Notes: generated by a model not told the origin, from the sequence alone. A stretch of DNA of 64,000 bases from Acidimicrobiia bacterium (GCA_040882645.1 JBBEAX010000085.1:148801-212800), one strand, 5' to 3'; counted from the first letter of the stretch, positions 38,094-48,600 are shown. Translations and numbers: made by a program.

Positions 38094-39374
38094 TCAGGCC
38101 TGCTTTCTCGCCAGGACGGCTGCGGCGAAGCGCTCGCCGCGGTCGGAGTAGGAACGGAACATGTCGAATGAGGCGCATCCGGGGGCGAGCAGCACGGTGT
38201 CCCCAGGCCGGCTGGCGTCATCTGCCGCAGCCACCGCCTCCTCCAGGGTGGCGACGATGGTCACCGGGCCCGCGGTGGCGGCCAACTCGGCGGCGGCCTC
38301 ACCGATGGCAAACACCCGGCGGACATTCGGCTCGAGCGGAAGTCCTCCTACGTCGAGGCCCTTGTTCCGGCCCCCGGCGATCAGGACGACCGGGCCGTGA
38401 TCCCGGATCGCGGCGAGCGCTGCATGGGGGTTGGTCGCCTTCGAGTCGTCGACCCAGGCGACGCCGCTCCAGGTGCCGATCAACTGCCGGCGGTGAGGCC
38501 CGGGAGTGAACTCGGCGACAGCCGAAAGAACCCCGCCGGGCGTGGCCCCCACGTGAAGGGCAGCCTGCGCCGCCGCCGCAACATCGACCAGCATCACCGG
38601 ATCCCGCCGGGGGATCTGCTCGAGCGGGATCTCGAGGCCGGCGACGACCAGCGCGCCGCCTTCGGGTCCCCAGCCCCCTTCGGGACGGGAGCGTCCGCTT
38701 ACCGGCACCCGTTGCGACCGCGCACCGGTGACCAAAGTCGAAGCGCCCTCGTCGTCAGCGTCGTAGATGACGACATCGTCGGGGGTCTGCCGCTCGAGGA
38801 TCCGCGCCTTGGCCGCGGCGTAGGCCTTGAAGGACCCGTGCCAATCGAGATGGTCGGGGGCCACATTGAGCAGCACCGCCGCGTCGGCGTGAAACGTATC
38901 GACGAACCTGAGCTGAAAGGAAGACGCCTCGACCACCACGACATCCCAGTCGTGGCCCACGGCGCCGCAGAGCGGATCGCCGATGTTGCCGGCGGCAGCG
39001 GCATCGAGGCCCGACGACCGCAGCATCCGGGCCGCGAGCTCGGTGACCGTGGTCTTGCCATTCGTGGCCGTTACGGCCACCACCGGGCAGCGGAGGTGTC
39101 GGAATCCGAGTTCCAGCTCGCTCCAGATCGGTACGCCGGATACCAGGGAATCCCGCACCGGCGCCGCATGTTCGGGAACGCCCGGGCTGGTGATCACGAG
39201 GTCGATGCCGTCGAGCAGCGACGGCATCCACGGACCACCGTGCGCTTCGTCGGCGTCGACTCCCTCGACCGCGACCGGGTCGGCGTCGTACACGATCACT
39301 TTGTCACCGAGGGAACGGAGCAAGGAGGCGGCAGCCCTGCCGCTTACTGCCGCTCCAATTACAAGGGCGGTCAT
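38094..39374 (-). CDS. murD: UDP-N-acetylmuramoylalanine--D-glutamate ligase
   Basis: Mur ligase domains (GTNGKTTVTEL). The ATG at 39374 overlaps the mraY stop. Confidence 0.85.
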   Translation of the reverse strand: MTALVIGAAVSGRAAASLLRSLGDKVIVYDADPVAVEGVDADEAHGGPWMPSLLDGIDLVITSPGVPEHAAPVRDSLVSGVPIWSELELGFRHLRCPVVAVTATNGKTTVTELAARMLRSSGLDAAAAGNIGDPLCGAVGHDWDVVVVEASSFQLRFVDTFHADAAVLLNVAPDHLDWHGSFKAYAAAKARILERQTPDDVVIYDADDEGASTLVTGARSQRVPVSGRSRPEGGWGPEGGALVVAGLEIPLEQIPRRDPVMLVDVAAAAQAALHVGATPGGVLSAVAEFTPGPHRRQLIGTWSGVAWVDDSKATNPHAALAAIRDHGPVVLIAGGRNKGLDVGGLPLEPNVRRVFAIGEAAAELAATAGPVTIVATLEEAVAAADDASRPGDTVLLAPGCASFDMFRSYSDRGERFAAAVLARKQA

Positions 39375-40417
39375 CCGATACCCCCGGAAGCGAGGAAATC
39401 CCCATAGAAGAGGCCGAGGCCGAGGGCTACGAAAAGCGCGGCGAGGATCCAGAACCGGATGATGATCATGGTCTCCGGCCAACCCTTCAGCTCGAAATGG
39501 TGATGCAGGGGCGCCATCTTGAAGATCCGCCGCTTGAAGCCCCGGAAGGCCACCACCTGGAGGATCACCGACATCGTTTCCATCACATAGAGGCCGCCGA
39601 GAACGACGAGCAGCAGGTGGGTGTTGGTCAGCAACGCCATCGCCGCCATCGCTCCACCCAGAGCCTGGGAGCCGGTGTCACCCATGATGATTTTGGCCGG
39701 CGCGGCGTTCCACCACAGGAACCCGAGCACCGCCCCGGTGAGGGCGGCGGCGAGCAGCGCCAGCTCGAGTGTTCCCACGATCTCGTAGAACTCCGGGTGG
39801 CGGAACTGCCAGAACGAGATGATCACAAAGGCGCCGAAAACGAGTGCGCTGGAACCCGACGCGAGACCGTCGAGGCCGTCGGTGATGTTCACTGCGTTGG
39901 CAGCCGCCGTCAGCATGACCAGCACCCAGAGCACATACCACCATCCGAGGTCCACGCCGAACGGCCGTGTGAACGACATCTGGGTGGCGACTCCATAGTT
40001 GATGGCGCCCCACGCGAACAGACCGGCGATGGACAGCTGGCCGATGAACTTCCAGCGTTTGTTGAGGCCGAGGTTGCGCGCCCGGGTGACTTTCGACAGG
40101 TCGTCGAGGAAACCGATCAAACCCATGCCGAGGAAAGCCACCAGCACGAGCAGGCCGGGAACCTGGAACTCGCGCCAGGAGAGGCTCCAGGCCCCTTCCG
40201 GCGTCCGGGCGTCGACATGTCCCACCAGCCATCCGACGACCACCGCCAGGATCATGACCAGGCCACCCATGGTCGGCGTCCCCTGCTTGTGCTCGTGGGC
40301 GACTTCGACCTGTATGAACTGCCCGATGCCCCGTGTGCGGAAGAACCGTATGACGACCGGAGTGAGCAGGATGGTCACCAGGAACGCCACGGCGGCGGAA
40401 GCGAGCATGGCGATCAT
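39371..40417 (-). CDS. mraY: Phospho-N-acetylmuramoyl-pentapeptide transferase
   Basis: 10 TM helices, DDxxN and HHH-type MraY motifs. Confidence 0.9.
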   Translation of the reverse strand: MIAMLASAAVAFLVTILLTPVVIRFFRTRGIGQFIQVEVAHEHKQGTPTMGGLVMILAVVVGWLVGHVDARTPEGAWSLSWREFQVPGLLVLVAFLGMGLIGFLDDLSKVTRARNLGLNKRWKFIGQLSIAGLFAWGAINYGVATQMSFTRPFGVDLGWWYVLWVLVMLTAAANAVNITDGLDGLASGSSALVFGAFVIISFWQFRHPEFYEIVGTLELALLAAALTGAVLGFLWWNAAPAKIIMGDTGSQALGGAMAAMALLTNTHLLLVVLGGLYVMETMSVILQVVAFRGFKRRIFKMAPLHHHFELKGWPETMIIIRFWILAALFVALGLGLFYGDFLASGGIG

Positions 40418-41748
40418 GCCGCACCCTCGATCGCTTCTGCCACCGCTTCGAGGCCGGCGGCGCGCGAACCTTTGACCAGCACGACATCCCCGGGGCGAAC
40501 GATCTCAGCCAGGGCGGAGGCAGCCTCAGCGGCGTCGCTGACGACCACGGAGGCGGCTCCCGCGCCGACCGCGATCCCGGGATCGTCTCCAACCACGATC
40601 ACGATCGCAAAACCCGACTCGATCGCCATTCGTCCGATGGCGCGGTGCAACTCGCCCTCCGCGGTTCCCAACTCGTGCATCTTGCCGAGAACGGCGATTC
40701 GGCGACCTGGCATCGCCGCGACAGTGGCGAATGCCGCCCGCATCGAGTCCGGGTTGGCGTTGTAGGCGTCGTTGACGAGCACGATCGCTCCATCCGCCAC
40801 CGCGACATCTCGCACCTCCATACGCCACGGAGCGGTCGTGGCGAGCGCCACCCGGCCGGCCGCCTCGTCGAAATCTCGGCCCAGCGCCACCGCGGCTGCG
40901 ATGGCGGCAGCGGCGTTGACCGGCTGGTGGCTGCCCGGCTGCGCCAGGGAAATCGTCCTGGCGGATCCCAGGTAGGTGATGCGGAACGAGGCGCGGCCCC
41001 GCGCGTCGAACGAGACGTCGGACACCTCGACGTCCGCACCGGACTCCTCTTCCCCGAAGGTGATCATCGCGCCGTTCCGCCGGCTGGTCAGCCGGGGGTC
41101 ACCAGCGGGCAGTACGGCCACGCCGTCAGGTCCCAAAGCATCGACCAGTTCCCACTTCGCCTCCAGCACCGAGGCAACGTCGCCGAACATCTCGAGGTGG
41201 GCCGGCCCGATGTTGGTCACCACCGCCACATCGGGTCGCACCACCGCGGCCAGGGCGGAAATGTGCCCCGCGCCACGGCTCCCCACTTCCACCACGACCG
41301 CCGATGCGTCGTCGGGAGCGCCGAGCACCGTGAGCGGCACCCCCACCTCGTTGTTGAAGGAGCGCGGCGCAGAGTGGGTGCCCGCGCCGAGGGCTGCAGC
41401 AGTCATGTCCTTGGTGGTCGTCTTGCCTGAGCTCCCGGTGATGGCAACGAAGGGCGCGATGATCTCTGATCGGCGCCGCTCGCCGAGACGGGCGAGCGCA
41501 CCCAGCGTGTCGTCGACTTCGACCCCGAAAGCGCCCGCAGGCAGTCGCGACCGTTCGACCAACACCGCGGCGCCGTGCGCGGCGGCATCAGCGGCGAAGT
41601 CGTTCCCGTCGAAGCGTTCGCCGCGCACCGCCACGAAGAGGGATCCAGGAACGGCCTCGCGCGAATCGATCACCACTCGATCGACGATGGCGGCCCCGGT
41701 GGCGTGCCCGCCGGTGGCGGAGGCGATGGTGGCGAGATCCCACTTCAT
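40414..41748 (-). CDS. murF: UDP-MurNAc-tripeptide--D-Ala-D-Ala ligase
   Basis: ITGSSGKTTTKDM P-loop and Mur ligase C-terminal domain. Confidence 0.85.
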   Translation of the reverse strand: MKWDLATIASATGGHATGAAIVDRVVIDSREAVPGSLFVAVRGERFDGNDFAADAAAHGAAVLVERSRLPAGAFGVEVDDTLGALARLGERRRSEIIAPFVAITGSSGKTTTKDMTAAALGAGTHSAPRSFNNEVGVPLTVLGAPDDASAVVVEVGSRGAGHISALAAVVRPDVAVVTNIGPAHLEMFGDVASVLEAKWELVDALGPDGVAVLPAGDPRLTSRRNGAMITFGEEESGADVEVSDVSFDARGRASFRITYLGSARTISLAQPGSHQPVNAAAAIAAAVALGRDFDEAAGRVALATTAPWRMEVRDVAVADGAIVLVNDAYNANPDSMRAAFATVAAMPGRRIAVLGKMHELGTAEGELHRAIGRMAIESGFAIVIVVGDDPGIAVGAGAASVVVSDAAEAASALAEIVRPGDVVLVKGSRAAGLEAVAEAIEGAA

Positions 41749-43226
41749 CGGGAGATCGCCTCCTCCCTGACGACCAGCCGGTCGTCGAAGGGAACAACCG
41801 TCGCTCCGAAGTCTTGCCCGGACTCGTGACCCTTGCCGAGAATCAACACCGCATCACCGGACCTCGCCTCGCCGAGGGCCACGCGGATCGCCTGTCGCCG
41901 GTCGATCTCCTCGATCACCCGACCAGGCCCATCGGCGCCCGCGGCCACCGCCGCGAGGATGGCCGCCGGGTCCTCTCGCCGCGGGTTGTCGGACGTGAGC
42001 ACCGCGATGTCGGCGTTCGACGCGGCGCGGCCCATCAGCGGTCGCTTCTCCCTGTCGCGATCCCCACCGGCACCCACGACCGCGATCACGCGACCGTGAT
42101 CGCCGACGATGTCGCGGGCGGCCGCCACCGCCGCAGCGATTCCGTCGGGAGTGTGGGCGTAGTCCACCACGACGGTGAAGTCGGCCCCGGTGGGAACCAG
42201 TTCGAACCGGCCGGGCACCTGCGCAACGGCGGCGATACCGGCGACGATGTCGGCCCAGCCGATCCCGAGGGTCTCGGCGCACCCCATGGCGACAAGGGCA
42301 TTGGCGACATTGAAGCGACCGGCGAGCGGAAGGGTCACCGCGGCATCCCCCGCCCGGCCCCGAGCCACAAAGCGCGAACCCTCGAACCCGAGCACGACAT
42401 CGTGGGCCGTGACGTCTGCCGGCTGGTTCACCCCGACCCGCGTCATGGGGATCGACAGAGTGCGAGCGAGGCGTTCCCCCCAGGGATCGTCCACCCACAC
42501 CACTGCGGAATCGGCTTGCTCGAAAATGGAGGCCTTGGCGAGGAAGTAAGACTCCATGTCACCGTGGAAGTCGAGGTGATCTCGTGACAGGTTGGTAAAC
42601 GCGGCGACGGCGAACCTCGCTCCAGACACCCGTCCCAGGGTGAGTGCATGTGAGGACACCTCGACGGCGGCGAGATCGACTCCCGCCTCCACCATGCGAG
42701 CGAGCAGCCTCTGAAAGTCGGGGGCCTCGGGCGTGGTCCTCGACACCTGCACCCCTTCTCCGAGGATCCGGGCGCCGACTGTCCCGACAATCGCCGCGGG
42801 GATCTTCGCGGCAGCCGCGATCGATTCGAGCAGATGAGTGACCGTTGTCTTGCCGTTCGTGCCGGTGACGCCAACAAGCCGGAGCCGGGTCGACGGCATT
42901 CCATGGGCCTGGGCAGAGAGAACACCAAGGACCGCCCTGGTATCGGGCACCACGATTGCCGAGACCCCGGCGGCATATCGATCGTTCTCGACACACACGG
43001 CCGAAGAGCCCGCCGCGGTGGCGGCGTCGACAAAGTTGTGCCCGTCAACAGAGAACCCCCTGACCGCCACGAACAGGACCCCGGGTCCGGCCTCGTGCGA
43101 ATCGTGGGTGACATCCGTGATGGCGACCGAGCCATCGCCGACCACCGAGCCCCCGACCGCATCGGCCAGCTGGCGCAGTGTCCGGGCCTTTCGAGGCGAG
43201 CTTGGCTCACGCTTCGGCTCACGCAT
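41745..43226 (-). CDS. murE: UDP-MurNAc-L-Ala-D-Glu--2,6-diaminopimelate ligase
   Basis: VTGTNGKTTVTHL P-loop and a DNPR motif (SDNPRRED). Confidence 0.85.
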   Translation of the reverse strand: MREPKREPSSPRKARTLRQLADAVGGSVVGDGSVAITDVTHDSHEAGPGVLFVAVRGFSVDGHNFVDAATAAGSSAVCVENDRYAAGVSAIVVPDTRAVLGVLSAQAHGMPSTRLRLVGVTGTNGKTTVTHLLESIAAAAKIPAAIVGTVGARILGEGVQVSRTTPEAPDFQRLLARMVEAGVDLAAVEVSSHALTLGRVSGARFAVAAFTNLSRDHLDFHGDMESYFLAKASIFEQADSAVVWVDDPWGERLARTLSIPMTRVGVNQPADVTAHDVVLGFEGSRFVARGRAGDAAVTLPLAGRFNVANALVAMGCAETLGIGWADIVAGIAAVAQVPGRFELVPTGADFTVVVDYAHTPDGIAAAVAAARDIVGDHGRVIAVVGAGGDRDREKRPLMGRAASNADIAVLTSDNPRREDPAAILAAVAAGADGPGRVIEEIDRRQAIRVALGEARSGDAVLILGKGHESGQDFGATVVPFDDRLVVREEAISR

Positions 43227-44916
43227 CGGGGGGCACCCCGAGCTGGTTCAAGGCGGCGAGCATCACTTCGGAAAAGATCGGAGCGGCGCCGCGGCCACCG
43301 CTGGCATCTTCGACTGGACCGTCGAGCACCACCACGACAACGACGCGGGGAGCGTCGATAGGTGCCATTCCGATGAAGCTCGCCACGACCTCTTCCTCGC
43401 TGTACGACTGTGCCTCCGAGAGGTACTTCTCCGTCGTGCCGGTCTTCCCGCCCACACGGTATCCCGGTACCGCAGCGAGCGAACCGGTCCCCTCCTCGAC
43501 GACGGCCTGGAGCATCGCCCGCACCTGGCGCGCGGTGCGGGGGGAGATGACCTGGCGCTCGATGGCATCGACGGCCTGCCGGATGCCGGAACCATCGACG
43601 ATCTCACTCACGAGGTGCGGCTGCACCCACACCCCGTCGTTGGCGATGGTGGCGTAGACCATGGCCATCTGCAGCGGGGTCACCGACACGTGGTACCCGA
43701 TCGAGGTGCCGGCGAGACAGGTGGTGAGGCACCACTCCTCCGCCGGGCGGAGCACTCCGGACGCCTCTCCTGGGAAGTCGATACCGGTGCGGGCGCCCTG
43801 CCCGAACTGCTGCATGATCGCGTGCAGTTGGCTCGCCCCAATCAGGTCGCCAAGAAGGATCGTCCCCAGGTTCGACGAGTGCGTCACGATCTCGGTGACG
43901 GTGAGCCTCGAGGGGTGCACCGTGAAGTCTTCGAAGACCGTGTCCTGAATCTCGATCTTCTCTGGTATGTCGAAGCGGGTCCCGGGGAGCACCAGGCCCG
44001 ATTCGAGAGCTCCCGATACGGTGACAGCCTTCTGCGTCGACCCGGGCTCGAAGACATCGGTGACCGCCCGGTTGCGGATCGCATCCCGGGGCACCTCGGC
44101 ACGCGCATTCGGGTCGTAGCTCGGCAGATTCACCATGGCGAGCACCTCGCCGTTCGTCGGATCGATCACCACGATCGAGCCCGAGGTGGCACCTGTGCGC
44201 TCCATCCCACGAGCGAGTGCCCTTTCGGCCGCGTACTGGATCTCGACTTTGATCGTGGTCACCAGGTCGCTCCCCTGCACCGCGGGCTCCACCTGGTACT
44301 CGCCCTGGGGGATCACCAGCCCGGCGGGATCGCGCTCGACCAGCAGCTCTCCGGGGATACCGGTGAGCGCTTCGTCGTATTGGAGTTCGAGGCCTTCGAG
44401 CCCGACATTGTCCGCCGAACGCACGAATCCCACCACGTGGACCGCGAGTCCATCGGTCGGATACACCCGCTTCGGTTCCGTGAGGAAGTAGACACCGGGA
44501 ATGTCAGCCTCCCGAATCGGCTCGACGTCCTCGGGATCCATCTGGCGGGCGAGATAGACGAAGGCAGTACCGGCGGTGAGGTCCTTGGCGAGCTCGCGGA
44601 CGTTGCGGTCGAGGAGCGGAGCCAGTTGGAGGGCGGCGGCTTCAGGGTCGGCCATCTCACGCGGGTTGGCGTACACGCTCACCGAGTCGATGGTGACCGC
44701 GAGTTCCCGCCCGTCGCGGTCGAAAATAGTTCCACGGTCGGCCGGAAGCGTCTGCAGCTGCAGGCGTTGGTCGAGTCCGCGGGCGGCAAACTCGTCGGCC
44801 TGGGCGCCCTGGACGACGGTGAGCCGATAACCGACGATCGTCCACGCCAGCACGAGCAAGGCTCCGACCGTGGCCAGTCGGCGATTGCTCATGGCGCGGC
44901 GCGGCCGCTGGTCCAT
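43219..44916 (-). CDS. ftsI: Penicillin-binding protein (FtsI-type transpeptidase)
   Basis: N-terminal TM helix, PBP dimerisation domain, and transpeptidase SxxK/SxN/KTG motifs (GSTQK, KTGT). Confidence 0.85.
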   Translation of the reverse strand: MDQRPRRAMSNRRLATVGALLVLAWTIVGYRLTVVQGAQADEFAARGLDQRLQLQTLPADRGTIFDRDGRELAVTIDSVSVYANPREMADPEAAALQLAPLLDRNVRELAKDLTAGTAFVYLARQMDPEDVEPIREADIPGVYFLTEPKRVYPTDGLAVHVVGFVRSADNVGLEGLELQYDEALTGIPGELLVERDPAGLVIPQGEYQVEPAVQGSDLVTTIKVEIQYAAERALARGMERTGATSGSIVVIDPTNGEVLAMVNLPSYDPNARAEVPRDAIRNRAVTDVFEPGSTQKAVTVSGALESGLVLPGTRFDIPEKIEIQDTVFEDFTVHPSRLTVTEIVTHSSNLGTILLGDLIGASQLHAIMQQFGQGARTGIDFPGEASGVLRPAEEWCLTTCLAGTSIGYHVSVTPLQMAMVYATIANDGVWVQPHLVSEIVDGSGIRQAVDAIERQVISPRTARQVRAMLQAVVEEGTGSLAAVPGYRVGGKTGTTEKYLSEAQSYSEEEVVASFIGMAPIDAPRVVVVVVLDGPVEDASGGRGAAPIFSEVMLAALNQLGVPPDA

Positions 44917-45004
44917 CGGTCCTCCTCGTTTCCCCGGCCTTGCGGCCGCCCGCCTCTCCGGCAGGACGGGGTCTTCGCCCTGCCGCTCCGAGCCGAACCC
45001 CCGC

Positions 45005-45424
45005 TCAGGGCTCGGCGCTGGCGCTCAGCAGCGCCTTCAGGTCGATCCAACGATCCTCGATGCCCGGCCCGGGGCCGCCCAGGCCGGGCACCTCAATCGT
45101 GAAGATCCGATCGGGGTACACCATCCCCATCTCGGCGGCGATCGTCGCAATCCGCTCGGCCGACTGCAGATCCGTCACCTGAAGCCGCAGCTCCCAGTAA
45201 CGCGCCTCTTCGACGGCGATGCGGACCTCGTAGTCCTCCAGGACAAACGCGGCGCGGTCGAGCGCGATGCGCGACGAGACCAACAGCAGGAACATCGCCG
45301 ACAACGCAATCGCCAGCCCGATCCAGCCCCCGATCCGCCGACGGCGGGTCGCCGGCCCGATGACGACGTGAAAGCCGCGGGTGCGAGGGAGGGGAAATCC
45401 GGAGGGGGCCGAGCGGGAGACCAT
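45005..45424 (-). CDS. ftsL: Cell division protein FtsL-like (septum formation initiator family)
   Basis: 139 aa, single TM helix plus a coiled-coil. Canonical slot between rsmH and ftsI. Confidence 0.6.
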   Translation of the reverse strand: MVSRSAPSGFPLPRTRGFHVVIGPATRRRRIGGWIGLAIALSAMFLLLVSSRIALDRAAFVLEDYEVRIAVEEARYWELRLQVTDLQSAERIATIAAEMGMVYPDRIFTIEVPGLGGPGPGIEDRWIDLKALLSASAEP

Positions 45425-46329
45425 CAGATCCGCTCCGCGACCCGGAGCCGCGCACTGCGTGCTCGGGGATTGGCCGTGATCTCTACCTCGGCGGGAAGTT
45501 CGGGACGGCGAGTCAGAATCCGCAACTCAGCGATCTGGTCGCAGACGCACACCGGAAACTCCGGAGGACAGACACAATCACGCGCGCCGGCAACGAAACG
45601 CAACTTGACGATGCGATCCTCGAGCGACTGGTAGGAGATCACGATGATCCGTCCTCCAGGTCGCAGCAGCCGCAGGGCGAGGTCCAGACCATCGGCAAGT
45701 GCCTCCAGCTCGTCATTGACTGCGATGCGGATCGCCTGAAAAGTTCGGCGGGCAGGATGGGGCCGATCGCGGGGCCCAGGCGGCACGGCCCCGGCGACCA
45801 CGTCGGCGAGATGCGCCGTGTCGCGGATCGGCCGATTGCGGACGATCGCCCTGACGATGCGTTTGGCGAAGCGTTCTTCGCCGAACTGGCGAAGGATCCG
45901 GACCAATTCGGCTTCTTCCCAGCGGTTGACGACGTCGTCGGCACTCCGTGGGGCGTCCGGGCCCATCCGCATGTCGAGAGGGCCAGACCGTTGATAGGAG
46001 AACCCTCGCTCCCCCACGTCGAGCTGATGCGAGGAGACCCCGAGGTCGAAGACGGCTGCAGCGAGCTCATCGATGCCCTCCAGGTCCAGCGGCCGATCCA
46101 GCGAACGGAAGTCGGCGAGATGGAACGAAAGGCGGGGATGAGGCTGGGTCGGGCGCGCTGCCGGGTCGCGATCGAGCGCGATCACCCGTGACGCCGGCAG
46201 CGCCTCGAGGATCGCCGCCGAATGCCCTCCGCCGCCGTAGGTCGTGTCGAGGATCACTCCCCCGTCGAGCGGTCGCAGCCAATGGACGACCCGATCGACC
46301 AGAACCGGAATGTGATAGGCGCGGTCCAC
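45424..46329 (-). CDS. rsmH: 16S rRNA (cytosine1402-N4)-methyltransferase
   Basis: HIPVLVDRVV...DTTYGGGGHS SAM motif. Confidence 0.9.
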   Translation of the reverse strand: MDRAYHIPVLVDRVVHWLRPLDGGVILDTTYGGGGHSAAILEALPASRVIALDRDPAARPTQPHPRLSFHLADFRSLDRPLDLEGIDELAAAVFDLGVSSHQLDVGERGFSYQRSGPLDMRMGPDAPRSADDVVNRWEEAELVRILRQFGEERFAKRIVRAIVRNRPIRDTAHLADVVAGAVPPGPRDRPHPARRTFQAIRIAVNDELEALADGLDLALRLLRPGGRIIVISYQSLEDRIVKLRFVAGARDCVCPPEFPVCVCDQIAELRILTRRPELPAEVEITANPRARSARLRVAERI

Positions 46330-46429
46330 GGTCAGCCCTCCAGAGCGCTGGCGTCAATATGGAAGCGGGCGGAGTAAGGGGCTTTCCACGTGACATCCGG
46401 AGGGCTGACCCTGAGCCGTACCTCATCAT

Positions 46430-46861
46430 TCAGATTCCTTCCTCGCTGAGAGACTCCTCGATTCCCGAGTAGAGGTCGTCGGCCTCGTGCGAGACCGCCT
46501 CCCACTGCGCGGTGTCCCAGATCTCCACGCGATCCGCCACCCCGAGGACGACGACGTCCTTGTCGAGAGCGGCGTAGGTGCGGAGGGGTTGGGGGATCTG
46601 CACCCGGCCCTGCTTGTCCATCTGCTGGTCGGTGGCCGACCCGAAGAACGACCGCGCGTAGTTCCGGTTGCGGTGGTTGGTCCGTGGCAGTCGGTTGATC
46701 CGTGCCACCTCTTCCTCCCATCGGTCCATCGGGAATACGTAGAGACATCGCTCCTGGCCCTTGGTGACGACCAGGCCACGCGACAGGCGATCGCGAAAGC
46801 GGGCGGGCATGACCACCCTCCCCTTGTCGTCCACGCTGTGCTGGTACTCGCCGAGGAACAC
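46430..46861 (-). CDS. mraZ: Transcriptional regulator MraZ
   Basis: MFLGEYQHSVDDKGRVVMP plus a second DxxxR repeat. Confidence 0.9.
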   Translation of the reverse strand: MFLGEYQHSVDDKGRVVMPARFRDRLSRGLVVTKGQERCLYVFPMDRWEEEVARINRLPRTNHRNRNYARSFFGSATDQQMDKQGRVQIPQPLRTYAALDKDVVVLGVADRVEIWDTAQWEAVSHEADDLYSGIEESLSEEGI

Positions 46862-46965
46862 TCGGTTTCTCCGTCCTTCGCACCGTCATCGCCTCGCTTC
46901 CGAGGGCGCTGGGCCAAGGAACAAGTCGTGCTCCGCTTCGGAGATCGATTTGTTCCCGTTCTCCA

Positions 46966-47004
46966 CGTTGTCCCACTTTGGACCACTCTAACCCACTTGT
47001 CAAC
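46966..47004 (-). promoter_or_regulatory. mraZ promoter: TTGACA -35 followed by three AGTGG(G/T) direct repeats spaced 10 bp (MraZ-box array)
   Basis: The minus strand reads ggTTGACAAGTGGGttagAGTGGTccaaAGTGGGac. MraZ is established to bind triplicated GTGGG-type repeats in its own promoter. Confidence 0.5.
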
Positions 47005-47106
47005 CCGTTTGTGACACTTCGGAACCATTCCGAACCCCCGGTGGATGCCTGATGGGATGGGCCGACGCCCCGGCGTCGCCCCCACCGGCGCATCTAGCCT
47101 GGACGC

Positions 47107-47832
47107 ATGCTGCAGGGGCGGAACATCCTGGTGACGGGCGCGTCGAGCGGAATCGGGCGCGGCTTGGCGCTCGAGTACGCCGTCAACGGCGCCCGGGTGT
47201 GGGCGGTGGGGCGCCGCTCCGAGCCCCTCGAGCGGGTGGCGGAGGAGGCGTCCGGGCGGATCACCCCATTGGCCGTCGACCTCACCACCCTTGGCGGCCG
47301 GAGGGCGGTGGCCACCGCCATCGAGCACGACGGCGGCCGCCTCGATGTCGCAGTCCACGCCGCCGGGCTACTCGGCCCGGTCGGAATCAGTCTCGCCGAT
47401 TACCCCGAGGACGAATGGCGCGCGGTGTTCGAGATCAACGTGACCGCAGTGCACCTGTTGCACCAGGACCTCCAGCGCCACCTCGACCGCGGGGTGGCCC
47501 CGGCCGTGATCGGATTGGCGTCCACAGTCGGACGCGAGCCGCGGGCGGGCTGGGGGATGTATGCCGTCTCCAAGCATGCCCTCGAGGGATGGTTGGGTAC
47601 GCTCGCCGCAGAGTGGCCGGCGGGCCGGGTCTACTCGGTGAACCCCGGCGGAACCCGTACCCCGATGCGGGCAGAGGCGCGCCCTGACGAGGATCCGGCA
47701 ACCGTCCCCGCTCCCGGGGAGATCGCCCCACTGTTCCTCCGCCTCGCCCACCCGGCAGCACCTGAGCCTTCGGGATCGGTTCTCGAAGCCCGGGACTGGA
47801 TCGGACACGACCCCTGGGAGGGCCTCGGCTGA
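47107..47832 (+). CDS. SDR-family short-chain dehydrogenase/reductase
   Basis: TGASSGIGRG Rossmann motif and catalytic YAVSK. Confidence 0.8.
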   Translation: MLQGRNILVTGASSGIGRGLALEYAVNGARVWAVGRRSEPLERVAEEASGRITPLAVDLTTLGGRRAVATAIEHDGGRLDVAVHAAGLLGPVGISLADYPEDEWRAVFEINVTAVHLLHQDLQRHLDRGVAPAVIGLASTVGREPRAGWGMYAVSKHALEGWLGTLAAEWPAGRVYSVNPGGTRTPMRAEARPDEDPATVPAPGEIAPLFLRLAHPAAPEPSGSVLEARDWIGHDPWEGLG

Positions 47833-47840
47833 GAGGGCTC

Positions 47841-48464
47841 TCAGTCCCCAGCCGTCGAGTCTTCGGCCGTGTCGGCGGTGATGATGTGGATCATGACGTC
47901 ACCATCCGGAAGGATCCCGGGGGGGTCGATGCGATGCGCCCCGATCGACCGGGCGTGCTCCCCCACCCGCTCCAAGACGTCGCGAATGATCATCCGGCTG
48001 GGACCAGGCCCTTCCGCCGCGTCGAGGAGCGGCAGATCGGCGGGGTCGGTGGAGATCACCAGCACCCCGCGTCCCCGCAGATCCCACAGCATGATCTCCT
48101 GGACGATCTGATCGGAAGACAGCACCGACACCCCCGGCACGATTACAGCGTCGGCGGCGCCCGAAGCGATGACCCCCAGGAGCCCGAGATAGCCGTCACG
48201 GCCGAGCGCCTCGCCGGCGACTCGAGCGTCGAGGCAGACCGCCACGATGGACAGCCCATGCTCGAGCGCATGGCGGCGGATCGCTTCTTGTTGCTCGAAT
48301 GCCGAGTGTCCCGCCGACGGGTCGGCGGACTCGCGCACATACCCCACGACGCGCACAGAACCTCCCGCTGCAAATCGTACCACTACGGATAGTGCGGGGT
48401 TGGGTGACGGATAGTGCTCGGAGCAGCCCCCGCTCCAGCCACAGCCACGGCCAGAATCAGCCAC
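47841..48464 (-). CDS. Serine-recombinase (resolvase) catalytic-domain-like protein, no recognisable DNA-binding domain
   Basis: VVGYVRESADPS...EQQEAIRRHALEHGLSIVAVCLDARVAG...DAVIVPGVSVLSSD matches the resolvase N-terminal domain pattern (Y-x-R-x-S nucleophile region, vxxxDxgxSG-like, vlvvxxldRl-like). Start uncertain: M at 48464 or an internal GTG. Confidence 0.45.
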   Translation of the reverse strand: MADSGRGCGWSGGCSEHYPSPNPALSVVVRFAAGGSVRVVGYVRESADPSAGHSAFEQQEAIRRHALEHGLSIVAVCLDARVAGEALGRDGYLGLLGVIASGAADAVIVPGVSVLSSDQIVQEIMLWDLRGRGVLVISTDPADLPLLDAAEGPGPSRMIIRDVLERVGEHARSIGAHRIDPPGILPDGDVMIHIITADTAEDSTAGD

Positions 48465-48496
48465 AGCCCCAGCAACGGCCAGACGCGTGAACGACC

Positions 48497-48600
48497 TCCC
48501 ATGCGGATCTGGCTGGGGCCGGAGCTGGAGCCGGAGCCGGATTGGCTGGGGCTGGAGCCGGAGCCGGGGCTTGGGGGCGGCTCAGACCGCCGCCCCCAAG
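48497..48600. repeat. ~33-nt tandem direct repeat x2 followed by a perfect 11-bp hairpin (cttgggggcgg/ccgcccccaag)
   Basis: ggctggggccggagctggagccggagccgga / ttggctggggctggagccggagccgggg, then cttgggggcggctcagaccgcccccaag. Confidence 0.5.
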
